A DNA stretch of 53,925 bases from NCBI GenBank assembly GCA_030592345.1, contig JAUVJO010000001.1, forward strand, positions 1-53,925, in the 5' to 3' direction. This stretch comes from Deltaproteobacteria bacterium (GTDB lineage: Bacteria; Desulfobacterota; Desulfobacteria; Desulfobacterales; C00003060). Positions 48,097 through 53,925 of this stretch are shown here, one piece after another (the first letter of the stretch is position 1; each line of letters opens with the position of its first letter). The position numbers and the translations under genes were made by a program. The notes under the pieces are model-generated. The model made no database searches. It saw only the letters and a list, made by a program, of their open reading frames with translations, and had not been told where the DNA came from.

Positions 48097-49074
48097 TTAT
48101 TGAACCTTCAGGTCTTTATTATATTCCATGTCAAACCACATGGCAAAAAACAAAGATTGCAAGCCTGAGACGAAAAGAAAAACAGCGAACAAGGCACTGG
48201 TAGCAGCTACCGGCCCAATGAAAAAACGGTAGCAAGACAAACACAAGCCGGATACAAGCCCGACTGGAAGCAGAATAAGCCCCAATAAATAGAAAAATAC
48301 CAGCGGGTGGAAATCTCGAATAATGTATTTTTCTATGAGCCGCCAAAAAAAATACTTAATCAGCAACCATGACAGGCGCGGAATCACGTTCCATAATCTA
48401 ATACCAGAACGTTCGCCAATGCTATATATTGGACGAATCGGAACATCTTTAACGCGCAAATCGAACACATTCAACATTACCAGCAAGTGGTTGGGATAAC
48501 CGTAACGTGGATAGATCTTGTCCAGGGGTAACAACCGAATGGCCTCACTGGAGATAGCTGTATAGCCCGTCTGTGAATCCGCCACATGCCAATATCCTGA
48601 CGCAATCTTGGTCAACAGTGAGAGAAGAGCATTGCCCAGATAACGACACCTGGGTATCATGCGCCATGCCTCACCAGTAAAGAGCCTGTTACCTTTAACG
48701 TAGTCTGCCTTTCCAGTGGCGACCGGCTGCACAACCCGACTCAGATCCGCCGGATCCATCTGGGCATCGCCGGCCATTACTGCCACCACGTCTATGCCAT
48801 CTTTGATGGCTTTCTGATAGCCGGTAACGATAGTCGCCCCAACCCCACGATTTGTTGTCTGTTGTATCAATTCCAGACGTCCGTTCATCGATGGCCGATT
48901 CAAGTAGGATCGCACCTGGTCACACGTTGCGTCGTGGCTGCAATCGTCGACCACATAAATACGATCCACGAAATCGGGCATTGTCTCAATCACGCGTCCG
49001 ACAAGTTTTTCTTCATTATATGCCGGCACAACGACCCCTATGCGCTTATCTCCTACCATTACAGCTATTATCAC
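48097..49074 (-). CDS. membrane-anchored GT2 (polyprenyl-phosphate glycosyltransferase-like, GtrB/ArnC/DPM1 type)
   Basis: VVVPAYNEEKLVGRVIETMPDFVDRIYVVDDCSHDAT is followed by two C-terminal hydrophobic segments. The GTG start overlaps the wecB stop. An alternative start is ATG 49059. Confidence 0.8.
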   Translation of the reverse strand: MIIAVMVGDKRIGVVVPAYNEEKLVGRVIETMPDFVDRIYVVDDCSHDATCDQVRSYLNRPSMNGRLELIQQTTNRGVGATIVTGYQKAIKDGIDVVAVMAGDAQMDPADLSRVVQPVATGKADYVKGNRLFTGEAWRMIPRCRYLGNALLSLLTKIASGYWHVADSQTGYTAISSEAIRLLPLDKIYPRYGYPNHLLVMLNVFDLRVKDVPIRPIYSIGERSGIRLWNVIPRLSWLLIKYFFWRLIEKYIIRDFHPLVFFYLLGLILLPVGLVSGLCLSCYRFFIGPVAATSALFAVFLFVSGLQSLFFAMWFDMEYNKDLKVQ

Positions 49075-50168
49075 CCCTTTTTGCTGATGCTAAACACATG
49101 CACAATCTTTTCGGCCGCATGGCCGTCGCCAAACACGGGCTCAGGAGCCCCCGTTGGCCAGCTATGACCATTGGCCGCCCGAAGAATGCTCTCTCGATCG
49201 GCATCCACAACCAGGTTCCAGCCAGCTCGCACCGTCTCCACCCATTCCGTTTCCGGTCGCAGAGTAACGCACGGTACTGCCAGGAAGTAGGCTTCTTTCT
49301 GCACGCCCCCGGAGTCGGTCAAAATGAGCTTGGAGTTGTGTTCTAACATAAGCATATCCAAATAGCCAACCGGTTCAATGAGTCGCAAGTTGGAACCCTG
49401 GCAGGTGAACGCCTCATCAAGACCAAACTTTGTCATCTGTTTGCGGGTGCGCGGATGCACCGGCAATACGACTTGCTCTCCAATATCTGCAAATGCCCTT
49501 AGAACGTTTCGCAGGCGTTGTGGCACATCAGTATTGTAAGGCCGGTGCAACGTGGCCAGCACGTAGCCCTTTGGCTGGAGCCCTAAATCGGCCAGAATGG
49601 AACGCTTGCGGGCCAGCTCGATATTGTACAACACGGCGTCAAACATCACATCACCCACCAAATGGACCCCTTTGGTAATCCCTTCCTGCGCCAGCCAATT
49701 CACAGCCGTCTCAGTAGGACAAAAAAGCAAATCAGAGCAATGATCGGTCAGCACTCGGTTGTGCTCCTCTGGCATCTCTCGGTTGAAAGAGCGGAGCCCG
49801 GCCTCAACATGGGCTATAGGAGTGTGGAGCTTCACCGCGGCAAGCGCCCCGGCCAGCGTTGAGTTCGTATCGCCATAAACCAGCACCCAGTCCGGCTGCT
49901 CAATAAGCAACACTTCTTCAATTTGGACCAACATTTGCCCGGTTTGCCAGCCATGAGAGCCTGAGCCTATGCCGAGATTATAATCGGGTTGAGGAAGATC
50001 AAGCTCGTGAAAGAAAATTGCTGACATATCATCATCATAATGCTGACCGGTATTCACAAACACTTCGATATGCTCCTGTCGCAAGGACCGGCTCACTGGA
50101 GCAGCCTTGATAAACTGAGGACGAGCACCAACAATACTAACCACTTTCACATCTATTCTCCAGATCAA
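49071..50168 (-). CDS. wecB: UDP-N-acetylglucosamine 2-epimerase (non-hydrolysing)
   Basis: VKVVSIVGARPQFIKAAPV, VNTGQHYD, GDTNSTLAGALAA and LILTDSGGVQKEA are present. The track start is TTG 50168. GTG 50150 is more family-typical. Confidence 0.9.
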   Translation of the reverse strand: MIWRIDVKVVSIVGARPQFIKAAPVSRSLRQEHIEVFVNTGQHYDDDMSAIFFHELDLPQPDYNLGIGSGSHGWQTGQMLVQIEEVLLIEQPDWVLVYGDTNSTLAGALAAVKLHTPIAHVEAGLRSFNREMPEEHNRVLTDHCSDLLFCPTETAVNWLAQEGITKGVHLVGDVMFDAVLYNIELARKRSILADLGLQPKGYVLATLHRPYNTDVPQRLRNVLRAFADIGEQVVLPVHPRTRKQMTKFGLDEAFTCQGSNLRLIEPVGYLDMLMLEHNSKLILTDSGGVQKEAYFLAVPCVTLRPETEWVETVRAGWNLVVDADRESILRAANGHSWPTGAPEPVFGDGHAAEKIVHVFSISKKG

Positions 50169-50281
50169 CTATTTCAATTGGGCCGAAACCCCTGAGTCCT
50201 ATAGTTCGAAACTTGACGGAAGTCAATCTAAGGGCCCGACAAAAAATAGGCATCCTTCATTTTCCCGTTTACATTTTTTTT

Positions 50282-50357
50282 GTCATTACGAGCGAAACGA
50301 GAAATCTTTATGCGTTTGGGTTATAAGATTTCTCCTCGTTTCACTCCTCGAAATGAC
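50282..50357. repeat. imperfect palindromic repeat
   Basis: gtcattacgagcgaaacgagaaatct ... agatttctcctcgtttcactcctcgaaatgac. The arms pair with small indels. Confidence 0.5.
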
Positions 50358-50620
50358 GATGAAGAGTGTCAACTACTTTTTGTTTATAATGAAAGATGCC
50401 CTCATTTTCTTGCAATCTCTGGACATGGTCTTTAGTATTTACGTTGCCGTTTACGGCTTGAAACTTGAAATTGGACTGAACATGGCTTTGATTTTGGAAA
50501 CGATTGAGCTTATGGGGTCGATGGTGAAGGCGGTCTTTACCATAAGCATCCGGCAGAAGATCCTACCTTTCATGTACCTATCTGGACAGTAGTGAGTTCT
50601 CTCCAATCTACGAAGTTTAG

Positions 50621-50836
50621 TGTAACTTCTCAAAAAGTCCGGGTAATCTCCCGATAACCGCTAATATGTTGCTACGTAGGGCAAGGTGAACCGCTGAACG
50701 TAGGCATCCAGCCATTTCAATTGATACCTAACCAGTCAGCTACTTAAGGCATTGGAGGCCGAAGTTCAGCGGTTCACCTTGCCCGGAGGCTTGTTGTCAT
50801 AACCTCAAGCGTACCCGGACTTTTTGAGAAGTTACA
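50621..50836. mobile_element. MITE-like non-autonomous element (216 bp) with target-site duplication
   Basis: Perfect 25-bp terminal inverted repeats: tgtaacttctcaaaaagtccgggta (50621-50645) and its reverse complement (50812-50836). A perfect inner 21-bp inverted repeat gggcaaggtgaaccgctgaac lies at 50679-50699 and 50764-50784. Direct gtttag flanks the element on both sides (50615-50620 and 50837-50842). No ORF. Confidence 0.6.
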
Positions 50837-50943
50837 GTTTAGTTTGCTAAGTGCTTGAAATCATTAATTCCGGCAGTTTCATGCCCCATTTTTCAGTGTC
50901 AATGATTTCAATAGGTTACGAGAACTCACTTCTGACCAGTACC

Positions 50944-51068
50944 TATAGAGTTTCAGAAAATGATTTTGGCAAGGCCAGAGGGAGAAATCCGAGTAAAGCG
51001 TACTGACAGTACGTCGTCGAGGATTTCGACCGATAACGCAGCCCAAAATCATTTTCTGGAAGTCTATA
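50944..51068 (+). repeat. nested-palindrome element, copy A4 (125 bp)
   Basis: Terminal arms are tatagagtttcagaaaatgattttgg / ccaaaatcattttctggaagtctata. The core is aaggccagagggagaaatccgagtaaag, the hairpin cgtac-tgaca-gtacg, then tcgtcgaggatttcgaccgataacg. Confidence 0.8.
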
Positions 51069-51508
51069 TCAAAGAGAAGGTGGAAATCGAAGAATTTGTC
51101 GTGAGATGTCTCAACATTTTCAAGGACTGACGAATCTTGTAAGATGAAACCAACTCATCCAGAATCTCCAAGATGGACATCTTGAACGGCAAAAGCGAGC
51201 GGAAATCCCAAAACCGTGTCATCCGTGCCAAAAAAACACCCGCCTTGCGCTATGCTACATGCGCATTCATCCGTGGCAGAAAAAATCAGAGACAGGGCAA
51301 TAATGTCTTTACATCAGAGTCAAAATAAGATAAGTAGCGAAATTTCAAAGGAAATCTGGATGGCTTCTCTATGTAACCCAAGGGGCGAAGCCCTGTAACT
51401 TCAGGTCGATTTACCCAGGCGCTACCCTCCCCTATTTATCGAAATATTAATCAATTGTCTTATTCTGTGCAGATGAAAGTTATAATTTCATGGACGTTGT
51501 TTTCTCCA

Positions 51509-51551
51509 CTTTTAACCTTTCACCTTTAACCTTTCACCTTTCACCTTTCAC
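51509..51551. repeat. heptanucleotide tandem repeat
   Basis: cttttaac is followed by ctttcac, ctttaac, ctttcac, ctttcac, ctttcac (51517-51551). The array ends 13 nt before ATG 51565. Confidence 0.8.
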
Positions 51552-51564
51552 AACCACAAAGCTG

Positions 51565-51717
51565 ATGAGTGAAACTGTCATAAAAGTCGAAAACCTCTCC
51601 AAGCGCTACCGCATTGGTACAAATAAACAGGGTTACAAGACCTTCCGGGAGGCTATCATAGATGGCTTCAAGGCCCCATTTTGCAATTTCAGACGGCTTC
51701 GAAACCTAACCTGGTGA
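51565..51717 (+). pseudogene. 5' fragment of a wzt-type ABC ATPase gene (50 codons)
   Basis: MSETVIKVENLSKRYRIG matches the first 18 residues of Wzt2 (MSQIAIQVENLSKRYRIG) at 14 positions. The ORF stops before any Walker A motif. Its TGA overlaps the candidate GTG start of wzm2. Confidence 0.6.
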
Positions 51718-52520
51718 TTCAGCGCACCAGGGGGTGGGGCAAATTGGCTCTGCACGACGTGTGGGAATACCGGGAGTTGCTGTGGTTCCTGACCTCACGG
51801 GATATTAAGGGACGCTATCGCCAGATGGCCCTGGGGCCACTCTGGATTATTATTAGGCCTCTAATCCACATGGTGATTTTCAGCGTGATCTTTGGTGCGT
51901 TGGCTAAACTGCCATCAGATGGATTGCCATATCCTGTTTTCACCTATACGGCCCTATTGCCCTGGACCTATTTCGCCGGTGCTGCTTCTCAATCGGTGGG
52001 TAGCCTTGTCAGTCAAATGCATGTGATATCAAAGGTCTATTTCCCTCGCCTCGTGGTTCCCCTTTCAGCGGTGCTCTCCGGTCTGCTGGATCTTTTCGTC
52101 TCTTTCATAGTCTTGTTTGGCATGATGGCCTATTACGGCTTTGTCCCTGATCTGGTAGTGCTGACCCTGCCTCTGTATATCTTGATGGGCACTGCTACTG
52201 CCCTTGGCGTGGGTCTGTGGGGTGCTACTCTGGCCGTGCGCTTCCGGGACCTTCAATTTGCCATCACGTATGGCATTCAGGTCTGGATGTACGCTACACC
52301 GGTGGCGTACACGGCCAAACTTATTCCAGAGCGTTGGCAGGTACTCTATCAGCTTAATCCTATGTATTGGGTAATCGAGGGCTTCCGTTGGGCCTTGCTA
52401 GGCAAGGGGCATGCGCCCGACTTGCTGATGTTGGTACCTATGGGCTTTGTCGTGCTCTTAGTTATATCCGGTGCTTTTGTCTTCCGGAGGACTGAGAGGA
52501 CGATTGTGGATCTTCTCTGA
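51681..52520 (+). CDS. wzm: ABC-2 type polysaccharide export permease (second copy)
   Basis: GWGKLALHDVWEYRELLWFLTSRDIKGRYRQ is followed by about six hydrophobic segments. The start is uncertain: TTG 51681 or GTG 51714. Confidence 0.85.
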   Translation: MQFQTASKPNLVIQRTRGWGKLALHDVWEYRELLWFLTSRDIKGRYRQMALGPLWIIIRPLIHMVIFSVIFGALAKLPSDGLPYPVFTYTALLPWTYFAGAASQSVGSLVSQMHVISKVYFPRLVVPLSAVLSGLLDLFVSFIVLFGMMAYYGFVPDLVVLTLPLYILMGTATALGVGLWGATLAVRFRDLQFAITYGIQVWMYATPVAYTAKLIPERWQVLYQLNPMYWVIEGFRWALLGKGHAPDLLMLVPMGFVVLLVISGAFVFRRTERTIVDLL

Positions 52521-52564
52521 TTCAGAATTTAGAAATTGGGATTTAGAATTAAGGATTTGAGAAC

Positions 52565-53809
52565 ATGTCTCAGATTGCCATCCAAGTTGAAAACCTGAGC
52601 AAGCGCTACCGTATTGGCGCCCGAGAGAACCAAGTAAACACCCTGCGTGAACGGATCGGGAATCTGCTAGCATCCCCCTTCGCCTATCTGCGCAGCACAC
52701 TGCATGGGCCATCTGAGGAAGAAATGATCTGGGCGATAAAGGACGTTTCCTTTGAGGTCAAACAAGGTGAGGTGGTGGGTATCATCGGCCGCAACGGAGC
52801 CGGCAAGAGCACACTCCTTAAGATCCTCTCCCGCATCACAGAGCCGACAAACGGGCTGGCTGTGATCAATGGACGAGTGGGGTCCTTGCTGGAGGTGGGT
52901 ACTGGCTTTCATCCGGAGCTAACAGGGCGTGAGAATATCTACTTGAACGGGGCAATCCTTGGCATGCGCAAGACTGAAATCGACGGCAAGTTTGACGAAA
53001 TCGTGGACTTTGCGGAGATCGAAAAATTCATAGACACCCCGGTCAAGCGTTACTCCAGCGGCATGTACATGCGCTTGGCCTTTGCCGTGGCCGCCCACCT
53101 GGAGCCGGAAATTTTGCTGGTGGACGAGGTATTGGCGGTGGGGGATGCTGATTTTCAACGTAAGTGCCTGGGAAAGATGGGGAAAATTGGCAAAGAGGGA
53201 CGGACTGTGGCCCTTGTAAGTCATAACATGACTTCAATTGTCAAATTGTGTGGCACTGCTATTTGGATAGATAACGGTCGTGTTAGCACGATCGACGATG
53301 CAAAAAATACAGTTCAGGCCTATCTCGCTTCGGGTTTGTCGGCGATAAATGGGCAGGTGGTTTTCGAAGAACCTCATGAAACAATAAAAGCCTATGTCTC
53401 CTCTATAGAATTGAGAAATGGCAATGATAAAATCGCTTCAGAATTCGATGTGTTATCTCCGATCAAAGTTCGTATAGTGTTTCGTTGCACACGCAGGTTC
53501 ACCAGATTCAGAGTTGCCGTGGTTGTTTCACTGTTCGATGGTGTCCCACTATTCTCAACAACATCGCAAGATTATGACTCAATTCAAGGCCCTTTTGAAG
53601 CAGGGACTTATCACGCTCAGTTGTTCATTCCTGCCCAATTTTTGGCTTCCGGCCAATACTATCTTACAGTTGCCCTAGACGAACCACCTGTCAAGCAACA
53701 TGATTTGCATGAACATATCCTGCGCTTCAAAGTGTTGGGCAATCCCTTCAGACTGGCGAGAAATGTGGGATTTCTTGTCCATCCATTCGAATGGAAGTTG
53801 TTGTCATGA
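52565..53809 (+). CDS. wzt: polysaccharide export ABC transporter ATP-binding protein with C-terminal extension (second copy)
   Basis: Walker A GRNGAGKST, signature YSSGMYMRL and Walker B ILLVDE are present. About 170 aa lie beyond the NBD. Confidence 0.9.
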   Translation: MSQIAIQVENLSKRYRIGARENQVNTLRERIGNLLASPFAYLRSTLHGPSEEEMIWAIKDVSFEVKQGEVVGIIGRNGAGKSTLLKILSRITEPTNGLAVINGRVGSLLEVGTGFHPELTGRENIYLNGAILGMRKTEIDGKFDEIVDFAEIEKFIDTPVKRYSSGMYMRLAFAVAAHLEPEILLVDEVLAVGDADFQRKCLGKMGKIGKEGRTVALVSHNMTSIVKLCGTAIWIDNGRVSTIDDAKNTVQAYLASGLSAINGQVVFEEPHETIKAYVSSIELRNGNDKIASEFDVLSPIKVRIVFRCTRRFTRFRVAVVVSLFDGVPLFSTTSQDYDSIQGPFEAGTYHAQLFIPAQFLASGQYYLTVALDEPPVKQHDLHEHILRFKVLGNPFRLARNVGFLVHPFEWKLLS

Positions 53810-53925
53810 CGTTACGGATATGAGCGCTATGGTTGCGCCTGACGGCTTGAAAACATTACAGTTCGCGTCCATCATTGTTTCTTTGCTAAACACTTGATGT
53901 TCGCTGGCAATCTCAATGAACTTAA

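Noticed and set aside
50353-50592. 79-aa ORF in the divergent region
   Set aside because: It starts inside the palindromic repeat and is hydrophobic and low-complexity, with no RBS. It is likely non-coding.
52521-52564. Loosely repeated (a/g)atttaga motifs between wzm2 and wzt2
   Set aside because: It is degenerate and short. It is compatible with an ordinary AT-rich spacer containing the wzt2 RBS region.

Overview
This window is a mosaic ~54-kb bacterial surface-glycan locus (O-antigen or capsule-like) of the ABC-transporter-dependent type. No Wzx or Wzy was recognised. The plus-strand block (0.7-41.4 kb) encodes gmd, a wHTH regulator and four extended-SDR epimerase/dehydratases. It also encodes two DegT-family aminotransferases, four SAM methyltransferases, a sulfotransferase-like protein and GT2/GT4 glycosyltransferases. 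The same block holds a DmpG-like aldolase fusion coupled to an ATP-grasp ligase, Wzm/Wzt exporter no. 1 and three AsnB-family amidotransferases. The minus-strand block (41.5-50.2 kb) holds two more AsnB paralogues, a GT-B transferase, a DUF354 protein, a membrane GT2 and wecB. After a 1.4-kb repeat-rich divergent region comes a second Wzm/Wzt pair, preceded by a 5' wzt relic. Three type II toxin-antitoxin modules are interspersed: AbrB/RelE-like; VapB plus a VapC PIN domain fused in frame to an aminotransferase; and MNT with a truncated HEPN partner. There are also several gene relics: an AlbA_2 fragment, a frameshifted aminotransferase, a transposase N-terminus and the wzt 5' end. Repeats include a four-copy family of 106-125-bp nested-palindrome elements, a 216-bp MITE-like element with a target-site duplication, and two tandem repeat arrays upstream of gmd and wzm2. 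Composition is visibly heterogeneous, with a low-GC block at about 17-25 kb. No rRNA, tRNA or CRISPR array was recognised. All functional calls come from motif recognition by eye in the supplied ORF translations, and no database search was run.
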